From Lama glama (Eukaryota): a DNA stretch of 64,000 nt. Both the position numbers and the translations under genes were made by a program. The notes below the pieces were generated by a model. It saw only the letters and a list, made by a program, of their open reading frames with translations. It searched no databases and was not told the DNA's origin. Below are positions 1 through 12,899 of the stretch, one piece after another. The DNA is taken from contig CM052819.1 of NCBI GenBank assembly GCA_028534125.1, positions 97,278,001 to 97,342,000 on the forward strand. Direction: 5' to 3'. The number at the start of each line of letters is the position of its first letter. Position 1 is the first letter of the stretch.

Positions 1-647
1 TGAATGAAACCTCGTTCAAATTACAACTTACGACTGTCCTCTCTGGCTTGGTGCCAACACTTTACGTTCTAAATCTGTTGAGGGACGCCTTACCCGTCAA
101 AGGCAGCTCTGTGTAAAACCAACCTCTCCATACAGAAAGGAACTCTTTCATTCCACTCCCGGAGTCAGAATGTGACGATGCCGGGGCTGCTTTCTGGCAG
201 AGAAAGTGAAAGAATCAAAGGAAAAAGGACGGGAAAGGGAGCTCAGAAGGGGCAGAGGCAACAGGTTTCACCACTGGTCATTGACTGGCAGCCTTTTTCA
301 CTTTTAACTTAGAGAATAAACGCACCAGAAGGTTCCTGATAAGTATCTAAGCAAGCTGCAGCCTGCCTCTGTGCAGATACGCGCGGATGCGGAGCCCCGC
401 CCACTGCAGTGGAAGGCCACGCCTTCCCTTCCACAGCTCCGGCTACACCAGCAGAATGGGACCCAGGGTCACAGGAAGTGCCTAATCTCTGCCAGCAAAT
501 GTCAATCTTCAGGGCAGAGAAAATGTCTTTGTTCTTTAGAACCAGGGTTGAAATTGGGTTGAAATGACCACATCAGTTCACTAACTTGAACTCACAAAGG
601 AAGCACCTGTTTTCACGATGGCCTGGAAAATTTCTAAACAATCTTAC

Positions 648-794
648 TTTTGACGCCATCCTTCTGGATGAATAAACTATGGAGGAGGTGGGCCTGCGTG
701 AGACCTGGCCGGGTTCCCACACAAGGGTAATGGTTTACGCGACTGATGGAAATCGGCGGATTTTTCAAATAAAGCGCCACGTGATGGTAATCCA
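648..794 (-). other. Candidate internal exon (147 nt, open phase 1/phase 1 frame)
   Basis: On the - strand: acceptor ctttcgttcttcag|TGG and donor AAA|gtaaga. Length is 147 (49 codons) and one frame is open (DYHHVALYLKNPPISISRVNHYPCVGTRPGLTQAHLLHSLFIQKDGVK). The peptide is not recognised. Confidence 0.3.
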
Positions 795-2249
795 CTGAAG
801 AACGAAAGCTACTGTTACCCTTGGAAGGAGCCCGCATCTTTTCTATTCTTTCTCACATTTGAACATCTAAGCATGTAACTGGGCACGAGTGGAACTGGGG
901 GATTGTCATCAGTCCTGAAATCCTGCCGAGGCAGAACTCTACCATCCTCAAAGCAACGTTCACGGTTCCCGGGTCTGATGATTACTTGGTGTTCCCTCAG
1001 TGACGGAGAAAAATTATGACCAATTATAATGACAAGGGCCTTGGCCACGTGGGGGAACTACTTGGTGTGACATGACAATATGGATCTTATCACCTACCCT
1101 GTGTCATTGACAGAGACGTAAACATTCGTATCTCTTGTCACCAAGCTCTGTCTCTTCTCAAACATTTAAAGACACTCTTTGCCAGAAACTACAAAGAACC
1201 AGCAAAGCCAAAGTTAATTCCACAAGATGGAATTGGCTGTTTGCCTCATTAATACTCTGTGTGATAAAAAAAAAAGTACTAACTTTCTATTACTATAGAT
1301 CATCCTCTAATATTTTAGACACAACATTGGCAGATATACATACAATTTATCTATAAAGCAATGAAATTGCTTTTTATACTGGCTTAAATAAATTCTCTCT
1401 TTAAAATTTCAACCAGTGGATCGTTAAATTCTTTGTGCCACTTCAAACTGCAGTGGATTTAGGGTGAATAACAATCTACAAACGCTAAACAAAAAAGAAA
1501 TTAAAGCTTAGGTCAACTAACTTAAATCATTGTATATAATACACTACTGTTTCAAATCACAAAGCAAAGAAAGGAAATTGCTTCCTTTGGCACATAGGAT
1601 GACTTGTTTGGATACACTGGGTGGGGGAAATTTCTTTCCATCTAAAACAGCTCATCTCCAAAAGTTTCTGTGTCTCATGACAAATTGCAAAATGTGAAAA
1701 TTTGAAAAATGGAGGATTTTCTCTCCTGAGATATATGCTATAGCCCAAGAGATGAGTAACCCATAGCAATTAAAAAGAGGTGTTATCTGAAATTGTCCAA
1801 ACTTCAATATGACATTTAGGGTTATTAAAACCCATTAAGATTTTCAACTTTGATTTCATAAAAGCAAAGTGAGCTACCCTCCTGCACAAGTAGAAATGTC
1901 TTTCCCTGGGTCATCAAAGCCAAGATATCAGCTCATAAAGGTCTCCTGCAAGTTTGATTTATTCCCTTAACTTAAATAAAACTCATTTAACTTTTGCCTT
2001 GAGAAACAAACCTTTTCTCAAAACATGCGGACATTTTCCTGGATTTTGATGGCTCCTGATGGTGCTTACTTAGACACACATACACTCCCATACCTGGGTT
2101 CTCAAAAGACAAATAAGCCCACCTGTCTGTTACATGGCCTTCTCTTTAAAAACAAAAAACAAAAAACAAAAAACTAAATTTTGATAAAATTGGAAAAAAG
2201 GTAAGTATACCACTCTTCTTTGATTTACAAATTAGAGGGATGACAGCAC

Positions 2250-2345
2250 ATACTGAAATATAAGTTCCAGGGGGGTAATATCTTAGTGTATTTTGTTCAC
2301 TCCCACATCTTGAGTGTCTGAAAATTGTCCTTCAAATAATATAAT
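2250..2345 (+). mobile_element. L2 3' end fragment
   Basis: Degenerate L2 tail motif (aatataagttccaggggg...tattttgttcact...). Confidence 0.45.
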
Positions 2346-2349
2346 ACTT

Positions 2350-2425
2350 AATGTAAATGCAATGTAAATGCAATGTAATTCAAAGTAAATTCAATATAAA
2401 ATTTAATGACATAAAATTCAATGAG
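2350..2425. repeat. Degenerate ~11-bp tandem repeat (AATGTAAATGC)
   Basis: aatgtaaatgc aatgtaaatgc aatgtaattc aaagtaaattc aatataaaatt... Confidence 0.7.
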
Positions 2426-2439
2426 ATAATATATTGAAT

Positions 2440-2565
2440 AATCCTCTCAACATTATGAGATGGATGCTTTTCTTACTCCATTTTACAGATAAAGAAACTG
2501 AGCTTCAAAGAACTAAGTTACCAAGGTGACAGAGCTAGTTAGTGGGGAGATGAGGCCTTCAGATC
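2440..2565 (-). mobile_element. MIR SINE
   Basis: MIR core in reverse orientation: ccattttacagataaagaaactgag...ccaaggtgacagagctagttagtgg. Confidence 0.8.
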
Positions 2566-3079
2566 TTCCACACCCCTCTTCTCCTTCTTGTCATCTTGTC
2601 ACTGTACCCTTGTCATTCAAAGACTTCAACATGCACCAGAAGTTCTTGGCTATAAAATTGGAATCTTTGAACCACAAGTACAAATTTTTTTTTAAGTCTA
2701 AGTTAAGAACTCCAAAAGTAAACAAGTGCAAATAGAAACATAAATTCAAATGCATTAATTTATTTGAAAGGCATGAATTAAAGTATTTCTTAAAAAATAC
2801 TGATTGGTGATGCCAGGGATCCAACCACCCCTGGAATTAACTAGTGTTAGTAATCACCTCTTCATTGCCTATAAACAATCCCTCGGTCAGCTGCCTAGAC
2901 CTGAAATTCCAACTGGGAAATGTGGGAGGCTAAGACAAAGCCAAAAAAGAAATGGGCTCTGCTTTTCTAATGCATCCAAGAGCCAAACAGAAACAATGGG
3001 GAATTGTTCCCTGATTGGGATATGACAGCCATGCCAATCACTGCCTCCCACCAACTCTGCCTTCCTGAGAGCCTGCCTG

Positions 3080-3560
3080 GACGTGTCTGGGACCACCCAA
3101 AGCACATATGACCCTTTCATCCCAGCAACAGCTGGATAGACCAGAGATGGATACAGGACTCAGTACGTGCCAAACAGACTCTCACTGAAAAATTTGGAAT
3201 TGAGACACTGGGAGACCAAGACAGTTATCTACGGGAAAGACCGTGCGGTGCTGCAACATCGTACCAAGTCAAAGCCAGTCAGCAAGCAGTAAATCTGAGA
3301 ATCTGAGAAACCAGAGATTAAGGAAGCCAGTCAGCTAGTAGCGGCAAGAGAACAGCAGAGTCTCGTGGAGAAAAGCAAAATTTATAGGTTACACGGGCCT
3401 CTGAAAAATGTAAGAATGGCATCCCTTCCTGATTTTTCTACTGCCGTCCTTGGCTACTCACAGTATTTTCTCATCTCTCTTCAGTAACGCCGTGTTTCTA
3501 CGAGTTTATTTGAGAACTTCTTTCCATTTCTTTATAACCATATAATCCCCAAGACATACT
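3080..3560. mobile_element. Old, highly degenerate LTR (MLT1-like)
   Basis: Motifs such as aatttggaattgagac resemble old MaLR LTRs; boundaries are uncertain. Confidence 0.3.
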
Positions 3561-4834
3561 ATTTTGCCTCCCTTTCACTGCTCTACTAGACAAGGTGACT
3601 GCAAACCTTATTTTCCTGTAGGTCTCAGAGAAGACAAGGCCCACAGCAGCGCTGACAATTTGGAGAGGCCACAATCACAGACCACTGCCAACTCCTTAAA
3701 AGCCCAACCCCAAAAGGCGGCCATGAGTCAGAAAAATGTTAGATAATTCTTCCAGGTGTTAACAGTTAAGCAGAAAAGATGAATATTTTTTTTCAAAACT
3801 TTTATGCTATAAGGAAAACAACCAACAAGAACTTTCCACTGCTTTTCTGTAGACAAAAATCAACTAAGCTTTCAGGCTGTTTAATGCTGTTCCAAGAGAA
3901 CCGAGGCCAGCCTGACTCATGATGGCCCCAAATTACACAATAATCTATCATGGATTAAGCCTTATGGGTTTCAAATACACATAACATGCAAACAGATAGA
4001 TGCCTGGTTAAATACGTAAAGAAGTGAAGCTAGAATAAGGAATAATCTGGAGGCACAGGAATAGAGAGCCTTTGTGTGCTAAGCATCTTGCTCGATTCTA
4101 GGAGAAAGGGAAGAGGAGAAAGTCAAAAACTGAATGAGACAGTCCCTGCCCTCAAAGAATCATCCCTCGCCTGGGAAGACAGGCGCCCCCACAAACAGCT
4201 CGGCTCCAGGACACAGAGTGACGGAGGCTAATTGGACGCCTCAGCAAAGCACGATGGGATTGCAGAGGCAGGAGCAATTAATTACGGTCAGCCAGGCAGC
4301 TGCCATGTAGCCCCAACTCCTCCAGCGCTGTCATCTGAAAAGTAAATCCACTCTAACAGTTACTATGAAATTGCATCCATGATCTTTGAGTCCCATCAGC
4401 CCATACCTTTTATCCGATTAATCAAAATCTCCCCGTTCTTCCAGGGGTAACAATGTCTGTTTATCATTCCCTCCAAGAGCTCTTCGTACGACACCATGAC
4501 CTTGAATTATCCTTTCTCTCTAGAAAATATCCTCCTCCCTCTGTAAAGGCAACAGAAATGGAGATAACATCCTTCAAAGAGTTCAAGGTCATAAATGAAA
4601 ATAACCAAATGTCTTGGTTTCTCTTCCATAACCCGGCTGCTGAAATTCACATTCCATTCATCCCTTTGCCAGGTTAAAAACAGGCGAAGAGCATTAAACT
4701 AAAAGGCATGTGTCTGTTGTAAAATATTGATTACAGTCTTAGTCAAAGGTCCTCCTGCCTGTCAAGAAACACTGGTCAAATTATATACACTAAGTCCTGG
4801 CAAAAAATAAAGAAAGAAAGAAAAACTAAGTACA

Positions 4835-5035
4835 TGTAAAAACTAGTGAAATTCCAGTATGATCTGTAGTTTTGTTAATTGTACGGTGCCAATATCAATT
4901 TCCTAGTTTTGATAATGCACTTTAGCTAAGCAAGATGTCACCACTGAGTGATGGGTACGCAGGACCTCTGTGTTACTGAAAAATTATGTGAGTCTTGTGA
5001 GTCTATAACCTGTAATTTAGGTCAAAAAGAAAAGT
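4835..5035 (+). mobile_element. Ancient L1 (L1MC/L1MD-like) 3' end
   Basis: gtgccaatatcaatttcctagttttgataatg...gggtacgcaggacctctgtg matches L1MC/MD 3' UTR motifs. Confidence 0.7.
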
Positions 5036-5587
5036 AATTTAATACATTTATTGCTAGTTTTGCAGGGCTTTGCCCATATTAGCAGTTCCCTTTTCCTCCT
5101 AGATTCTAATACTTGGATATTGATCCTCAAAACTTCCAGATACAGTTTTAAGAACACATCACTCTAGTCCTGGGAGTGGCAGCCAGGAAGGGGGCTTCCC
5201 CACCAGAGTTTACACTCTCTTCAAGGAGTCCAAGGCAGTTAATTTCCTCAGCCTAATTCCACCGTGGACCAGTTCCCTGCTGAACTCCTGGCTCTGCTGT
5301 GCCACTAATAGCCCCTCCCCAACCCACTCCCCCCAGGTACACACGTAAGAGAGGGACATTTGAAGATGATTAAGGAAAAGCAAAACCAGCAGAATCTCTC
5401 ATCCACAAAACTCACCTCCATCCTCCCAAGGCTTAACTTGAATGAACCTCAACTAGTTTGGCTATAAAAGTCTAAAGAATTAATTCCTATGAAATTCAAA
5501 ACACAGGGAGTACTCAAAAAGATTGTCATCCTAGACTCTTCTCGAAGGTACCCAGACATGCAAATCCCCTTGGAGATCACACTGCTT

Positions 5588-5638
5588 TACATACATATAT
5601 AATTATAATATATTATATAATATATAATATATACATAT
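5588..5638. repeat. AT-rich (TA)n low-complexity repeat
   Basis: atacatatataattataatatattatataatatataatatatacatat. Confidence 0.8.
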
Positions 5639-5889
5639 TCTCCACCCTCACCCCACCTCAAAGCGTCAGGTAACACAAATTGAGCCCCTGGCTTAAGAGT
5701 TAAACTTGTTAAAGAAACTTTTACATTCTCTGATATTGGCATTCTTGAGCAGTTTCCAAGACAAAATCCAGGCATCTCTATAATCTATTCGATTTGTGGG
5801 AAGTTTAGTACTGGGCCTATAGCACAATTAAGATCAAAGAATTTGATGCTGGAGGAACTGAATCCCTGTAGCATCTCCCTGTATACCAT

Positions 5890-6105
5890 AGCCCACCATT
5901 TACTACCCACATCACCTCGGGCAAGTTACTTAAATTTTCAGTGGCAGTTTCCATCTGTGAAATGGAGATAACAATTAGGATCCTGCCACACAGGATGGAT
6001 GCTCGTGAGGATTTACGTAAGTTAATACGTGTCAAGGGTGCAGAACAGTGCCCCATTTTTAGCAAGCACCCTTCAAGGGTTGTCTATTATTACTGTTATT
6101 GTTAA
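5890..6105 (+). mobile_element. MIR SINE
   Basis: cctcgggcaagttacttaa...cagtttccatctgtgaaatggagataa...gtgaggattta: MIR core and 3' part. Confidence 0.85.
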
Positions 6106-8135
6106 TGCAATACATTTTTATTAAGCACCTATGTCCCAAACTTTATGAATCTAAGATACACGAAGGTGCTGCTATAATTCTAGAATAATCCACATATTAT
6201 CAAGTCTGGGGAGAGTAAAGGATTAGACCACGTGGGGGTCCTCAGCCCAAAGAAACACTTTTCTTAGCCTGAGTGCTACACGGAGGACCTTGAGTCATAG
6301 AAGGCGAAAGCCTGAGATTGAGCAATCTAAAGGTTTGGACAAAACCCCAGCAGAGCAGACACATGACAGTCATAGTGGAATGTATCACCCTGCCCCTCCC
6401 TCATTCACCTTTCACCTGAAAAATCAACAAATTCCCCAAAATAGTGCACAGTCACTCGCAAAACCTGGGGCCACCGGACGAGTTTTTCAAGTTCTGCAGA
6501 TGATTCTATCAAAACACCAGCCACCCCAATAACACTGAAACTACTGGCTACACCATTCTTTTTCCTACTTGTCGCTCATCCCTGGAGGACACATTCATGG
6601 TCACCCACTACTGACATCTCTGGGATGGAGAGAGGCATGACCAGCAAAGGAAGGACTTGTGTTGGGGGCAGAGTTCTGGCCCATACAGACAGGGTTCACA
6701 CAAAACAAGGCTGAGAAGCAGGAATCCTTGTGGTGTCTGAAATGTTGCCAATCACACAAAGGAAGCCTGATGTATGACTTTCAAGCCACTTTTATAAAAA
6801 ACGATTCCAAATCCCTCTGTGTGTGAAGCCAAAATTGTAAATATTGCTAAAATCCCTGGAGCTGTTTAATATTATTTATTATGATTCCCCTTGGCACCCC
6901 AAAAGTCTCTCATCCTGGGATCACAGAGCACTTTATTAATTTACACACCATCAATGGGGTTCACAGATGGTGAGACCCACACATGGAGAAGTCTGAAAAC
7001 TTTGGCCAAAATCCCAACGATGTGTAAATAAATGTAGCTCCGAAGGACCCGGAGTCTTATTCAGCCCCAAGCCCTAGGGCTACCACTGGGGCTGAGGCAG
7101 GACCCAGGGTAAACCTGAAAGTCAATGTCTTGAGCCACGGGTAAGCAGGCTCCAAGTTCAAGGTCAAGGTTTTCAATATCCTCCTTTTCAGATGAGTTGC
7201 TTGCACTCAAATCAATCCTCATCATGATTTTTTCAGAACTCAGTGAATGACAGATCCACCTAATGTGAACAGAGAAGTAAATAAGAGATCTTCAGGAAGT
7301 CTCACTTTTGCATTTTAAAAGGCTCCTGGCAGTTTTGCTGTATCTCCCCCTCACAGAAAGTAAATCCTAACTTAGGGCACAGACGTCAGTTCTTTTAAAG
7401 ACCTACAGTTTCAGTTGAACTTGGGGGTCATTTCAGTAGTGCTGAGTAGCTGAGAGTACTGAAAAATTACAATCCTATAGTATTCCAAACGTTAACAAAA
7501 TAATTACAATTTTTAGTCATTGTAATTTAAAAATGTTTTGATAATTTTTTATTTGACCTTGAGGCCTAGCATTCAAATTTTAATGGTGATATTCAGCTGC
7601 AGTATTTGCTTCAAATGAAAACTGACTTTAACACTTGGTACTTAGCCAAAATGCGTATTAGGTGTATTTCTAAAATTATACAGAAAACTTGCAGCACAGC
7701 GAAGCCAAATGAAGTACAAAGGAAATTGAACTGAGGGTCATGTGAAGGATGCAGTTTTTCTGAATTCCCAGTAAATAATCTTCAGCCCATGAGGGGGAAA
7801 AAAAAAAAAAAGACCTAGAGTTTGTTCCAGATCAATCTTGAGCCGTCAGGATTTTTCTGAAGCACGTGGTTATACTGTTTATTATGTGTCTGACTATCTG
7901 TCATCTTTGTTTATATTTTAATTATTTTCACATTTGTGTACAAATCTTATATCAAGTATCTGTTACAACCAAAAATAAAAAGAGGAGAAACGAGAGTTTG
8001 TCAAGTGAAAATGTAGGCCCACTGACATCAAACAGCCACCCTGATATTGAGAAGACAAAGCCAGAGAGTGAAAGCAGGGGGCCACTCAGGCCCTTGAATC
8101 ATCTTCTTTCATAAATAAAAGCTCAAATGAGGGGC

Positions 8136-8274
8136 NNNNNNNNNNNNNNNNNNNNNNNNNNNNNNNNNNNNNNNNNNNNNNNNNNNNNNNNNNNNNNNNN
8201 NNNNNNNNNNNNNNNNNNNNNNNNNNNNNNNNNNNNNNNNNNNNNNNNNNNNNNNNNNNNNNNNNNNNNNNNNN
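8136..8274. other. Assembly gap (139 N)
   Basis: Run of N. Confidence 0.99.
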
Positions 8275-8469
8275 TTATTGCTCAATCGCATTTTGGCTAA
8301 ACTCTCTTAACCCTTCTTAGAACTTAGAACTTCAGCCACAGTGATCACCTGATGGGGACCAAATTACTGTTCCTGAGGTGCAGTCAGCTTGGCTCTCCAT
8401 CTTACAATCAGGTCTTGGTTTAGTTCCCCGTTGTGGATTGCTTTCACAGTTGCTTTTCCATGCTTAGGC

Positions 8470-8657
8470 CAGTGGTTCTCCAAGTGTGGTCCCCAGAACT
8501 TCAGCATCAGCATCACCTGGGAACTTGTTGAAAATGAAAATTCTTGAACCCCCACTGGAGACCTATTGAATGAGAAACCCTAGGGGCGGGACACTCTTGA
8601 TCTGAACAAGGCTTCCCGGTGATTCTGACACATGCTAAAGTTTGCATACCAACGCTT
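8470..8657. mobile_element. MER5A-like hAT-Charlie DNA transposon
   Basis: cagtggttctccaagtgtggtccccag...cagcatcagcatcacctgggaacttgtt...gtgattctgacacatgctaaagtttg. Confidence 0.85.
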
Positions 8658-10023
8658 TAGGCCACAGAAAACCCACTGTGTGTGTTACTCGAGTGTCCCC
8701 TATGCTTCAGCAGGGTGGTGGTCCTAAGGATGTCTCAAACGCATTGCTTCCCCACCCACCCATGTCCATCACCCTTCACACAAATGGCAGAAACTCACGA
8801 CTTTCTCCTTCCTAGGTCTCTCTGGACATCTCAGAATCAGGCTCTCACAGGCCGCCCAGCTCTGCTCCAGCTCCTGTTCCTGCTCCCACATCTCTCTAGG
8901 ATGACGGAGGTTCCACTGTCCACTGCCACCCTGCACTGACTTCGTGCTACTCAGATACCAAGCATGACGGTCCTCCGCTCTTAGTTCCACACGTGGGCCA
9001 CCACCAAACTCTACCCTAAGATACTCTGTGAGACACTGCTAACCCCCTCCCTCCTACAATCACACCCCTGCCCCTCTCTCCATCTCTCGGGGAGCCTTGC
9101 TGCTGTCTCTGGGCTGTAGGACACATCTACCCAGGCCTCCTTCTTCAGAGGGGGAGCCCAGCTGGCTTCTGTTGGCTGAAAGCTATAAGCCTGGTCCCAG
9201 AAGCAAAGAGGGCCAGCTTGGTGCGGGGGGAGGGGGGTGAAGAGTTAAGAAGACTTTTTATTTTTTTTAAAGCAGGATTTACAAAGGCTGGTGATTCCTA
9301 CGAGAGAGAGAGAATGAGATCCAAGATTTCCCCGGCACTACACAAGACAGGGAAATGAAAGGAACATCCTGTCCTGGGAATTGACTGAAGCGGAGTTTTT
9401 AGGGTGGACAGAAGGCGGCGTGGAGGGTGTAGGCATGTGTTCATAAGAGAGACAGAGAGAAAAAAAAACAAAAACAGAGAGAGAGACAGCAGTCCAAGTG
9501 AGTTCCCCACATCATCAGTAGGCAGGTAAGTTACCCAACGGTCTCCTGTGTCTGACAGTAACTTACACAAGAGCATAAAAGCAGCTGAAATGTAAAGTAT
9601 TAAGGACCATCTCATCACTGGGAGATGTTACAAAGACACCATGAGAAACTTTAAATTGTGGACAAAACCAAAAACTAAGTAAGTCATTCTCAAAATGACT
9701 GTGCTCTGGCACTTCGGGTAGGGCTGTCCTGCAGTCTGGGGACCCCTGAGAACCTCTCCCAGCCTCTGCAATACCAGAGGTGGCTCCCAGTGGTAAAAGC
9801 TCCTCACCCCATAATTTCAAATGTTCTCAAGAGGGAAACAGCATTCCACCGAAAATGGAACTCCTGAAATAATCCGAGAGCTAAGAGGAGAAGGACAAGG
9901 AGGAGCTGTGGGCTAAACTTAAAATAATAATAAGAAAAAGCAGCAAATATTAAAAACTAGAGATCTTAAATAAAAGGGGATGTCCTACATTTCTCTGTCT
10001 AGGTAAGGGTGGATGGAAAGCAA

Positions 10024-10213
10024 AGATCAGCAAACTTTCTTTAAGAAGCCAGGGAGGAACTATTTCGAGCTCCTTCCGTCATCCCTGCCACACAAAGCAC
10101 AAAAGCAGCCGCAGAAATAATTGAATGGGTGGAGCCATGTGCCAATAAACTTTATTTACACAAACAGGTGACCGGTCAGATCTAGCCTGCAGCCTGTGGT
10201 TTGCCAGCTCCTG
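10024..10213. mobile_element. MER58-like hAT-Charlie DNA transposon
   Basis: tcagcaaactttct...gtgccaataaactttatttacacaaacagg...gtggtttgccagctcctg. Confidence 0.8.
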
Positions 10214-10302
10214 GGTATCACGTCTAAGTATGTGCATAACGCAGAACTGGGCAGCACTGGAAAGTGTGTGGCATCCGTTCTTTTCAAAAAACAAGGTGAT
10301 CA

Positions 10303-10418
10303 GGGGGTGGGTATAGCTCAGGTGGTAGAGTGCATGCTCAGCACGCATGTGGTCCTGGTTCAATCCCCAGTGCCTCCTCCAAATGTAAATAAGTAAATAA
10401 ATTAAGCTAATTAGAGAA
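10303..10418 (+). mobile_element. Camelid tRNA-derived SINE (Vic-1-like)
   Basis: gggtatagctcaggtggtagagtgcatgctcagcacgcat...ggttcaatccccagt carries A and B boxes and an A-rich tail; imperfect TSD aaacaag..tgatca. Confidence 0.9.
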
Positions 10419-12899
10419 ACAAACAAGAGATGATCATCAGAATAATAATATTCCTTCCTCAGTCCTGGGTCTGGGTGGTACCTTCCTCACCCATCTCATT
10501 GGAGAGGACATCGTCCTCCCTCCCGTCAGGCCCCCGTCTGTGTACGCCTGAGAAAGGGCTATTACAATACAGATTATCATCGTGCTTCTTCAAAATAAGC
10601 AGATGAAATGAAACGTACTGTGTAGAGCTGGCAGTCTGCTCATCACGCGCGCTTATACTTGACACCAGGGCCAGAGCTCAGTTTCAGGGAAGGCCCAGGC
10701 AAAGAACATGCAAACAGACAAACCAGGCACTGCCTCCCCCACAGGGTTCCTGCCTCCAGATGAGATGGGGATCCAGTCCCAAAGTCGGGAGCGTGACTCG
10801 GCCGGCCCCCGCTGCAACGCCAGCTGGGGTTACGTCACCTGCCCAAGTTCAACATCTGGAAATCCGCAGAAAGACCGGGGTGGACGGATGGGAGCAGTGC
10901 TCAGGGAGCCTTCTTCCAAGTTCACGGGGACTGCAAACAAGACACTGGGCAGATGGCAAAGGCCTAAAAGAAGAGTTATGGTTTGGCTCCTCAACCTCCA
11001 CACTTCACCCCACATCAGCCATCTCTCCAGAGCAAAGCTCCTGGGAGTCCATGGATTTGGCCACTCTGAAAGAACAAGAGAGAAAATTCCAGAGCCGCAG
11101 AGGAAAAACTTTGACAAGCCTCAGAAATGGTCAGGATTCATTTGCTTTGTAACACGAGGACACACGATCTGAGAATCCCAATGTACAGCCCCCCTTCCTC
11201 GTGTGGATTTCCTTAACAGCCAGGGGAGTAGTTGAGTGTCCATAAGAAAAACATAAATCTACTGCCTGTGTCCACATGTTTGGCTCAGATGGTTTTCATC
11301 AGACTTGAAAGAGAAGCTGTCCTTTGCCTTCTCAAATCCAACAGTGAAGCATCCCAAAGGACATGAAAAGTTCTCAGAATGAATCAACCACAAACGGGAA
11401 ACACTTCCTAGCAGGACCAATTACGGAGGGATGGAGGTGGGAGAAACAGCTTTTGCTATGTGTCCCGAGCGCAATCAATAAAAGCCTCCCAGGTCAGCCA
11501 AGGACCCTCCGCCGCCTCCTCCTCGTCTCACGTCCAACTTGATGACTTCCAGAACTGGGATATAACAAGTCTCTGCGGCGGGAGGGGATACCAACCAGAA
11601 CAATACGAGCCCCTGAAGGACAGGTGTCTGCGCAGTTGGACCTGGACCACAGGAAAGAGAAATCCTCTCTTCTGTTGCCACCAGTGCAGATGGATGGGAT
11701 CTGAGGATCATTTCCTCAGCAGGCAGAAATCCAGGGAAGAGGAACTGGGAAAGGTCACGTCCAAACAAATCTATCATCCAAACTCGGAGAGTCCTGGAAT
11801 GTGCCGGCGAACAGACACTGCCCACAAGAGGAGGGGAAAGCAAGCCCTGACTCGAAATAGCCAGCTCCTCTGAGGAGCCTTCCCGCCAGTGGCTCCGAGA
11901 AAGCCCGACATGGTCAGCTGGTCAGACGGGTCCGAGAAGGCAGGAAGGCACGAGGAAAGGTGTACCCCGGAGAGATGGGGAATGTTCTGTGTGATTCTTC
12001 CAGCAATGAGCGACTCCCTCCACCAGTAAAACTAAAACTAACGCGAACTTAGCACCTGATACAAAACACATGGGAGAGCCTCGGTTTTAGGTCTCCTTAC
12101 CCTTCAGCTCAGTAAAAGAGGATCTCATTCCATCTAAGACACTTTTACAGTGCGCTTCGCACAAGGCTGGGAATTTTTAGCAAAGTTAGCTGGAATTGAC
12201 AGTAATATTGCAGTACTGATTATCTTATTAACAGCATCAGTAATCATATTCACGGCTGTCACTGAAGCACGTGTTCCTCCCAAAGATGAAAACTACGTCA
12301 CCATCAAGCAAACCCACTGAGTTAGTTAACAAATCACTTTCTTCGATTACAGCCATTCAAGACGTTCCCTCAAAACCCATACACTAGTGTGTAAAAATGA
12401 GAGGTGTGTGCCCCTACCCTCCCTCCCGTTTCTAATCCAGGAATCAGGCGTGTGGGTGATCAATCACTGATGTTAGAAACCAACGCAACTAAAATGCACT
12501 ACTTTGCCTGCTCCCAGGTTGCTGTTCTCGGTACCCACTGTTCTCTCCTCCATCCCATGTTGGGATGATGGGACTGACATTGCCTCTTCTGGGTGTAGAC
12601 TCTCAGCATCCCCTCCCTTTTCTTCATATTGCTTTCCTTTCAAGGTCCCCGTGAGTGCATTTTACTGCTGGGGAAGGGAATTTGGCCTTTAAGCTCCTGA
12701 GTGATTTGGGGAGAATACTGGCCTCTCTTGTTTTGTTTCTGGCCATGACCCAACAGGATGCTTTCTTCACATTGTCTCTTCCGCGTTTGGCTCCACCAAC
12801 CAACCGGCCTTCTGATGCCACCCAAGGGATTTCTCTACAAGACAGATGGCAGGTGTCATCCTCCCATCCCCAAAGACTCTTCCGTGGGTTTTGATTTTC

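Noticed and set aside
3724-3922. Paired AP-1 sites (TGAGTCA/TGACTCA)
   Set aside because: The number of such heptamers seen across the window is about what chance predicts for 64 kb.
7631-7651. Antisense U2 snRNA 5' fragment (acacttggtacttagccaaaa)
   Set aside because: Only ~20 nt match with a mismatch/indel, it lacks the terminal ggccgagaagcgat, and there is no TSD. It cannot be distinguished from chance.
10303-10380. tRNA genes (also at 28095, 42690, 45786, 60800)
   Set aside because: The tRNA-like A/B boxes belong to SINE heads followed by A-rich tails and TSDs.
11532-11641. Minus-strand exon candidate (110 nt)
   Set aside because: The acceptor is reasonable but the donor (GAC|gtgaga) is weak and the peptide is unrecognisable.
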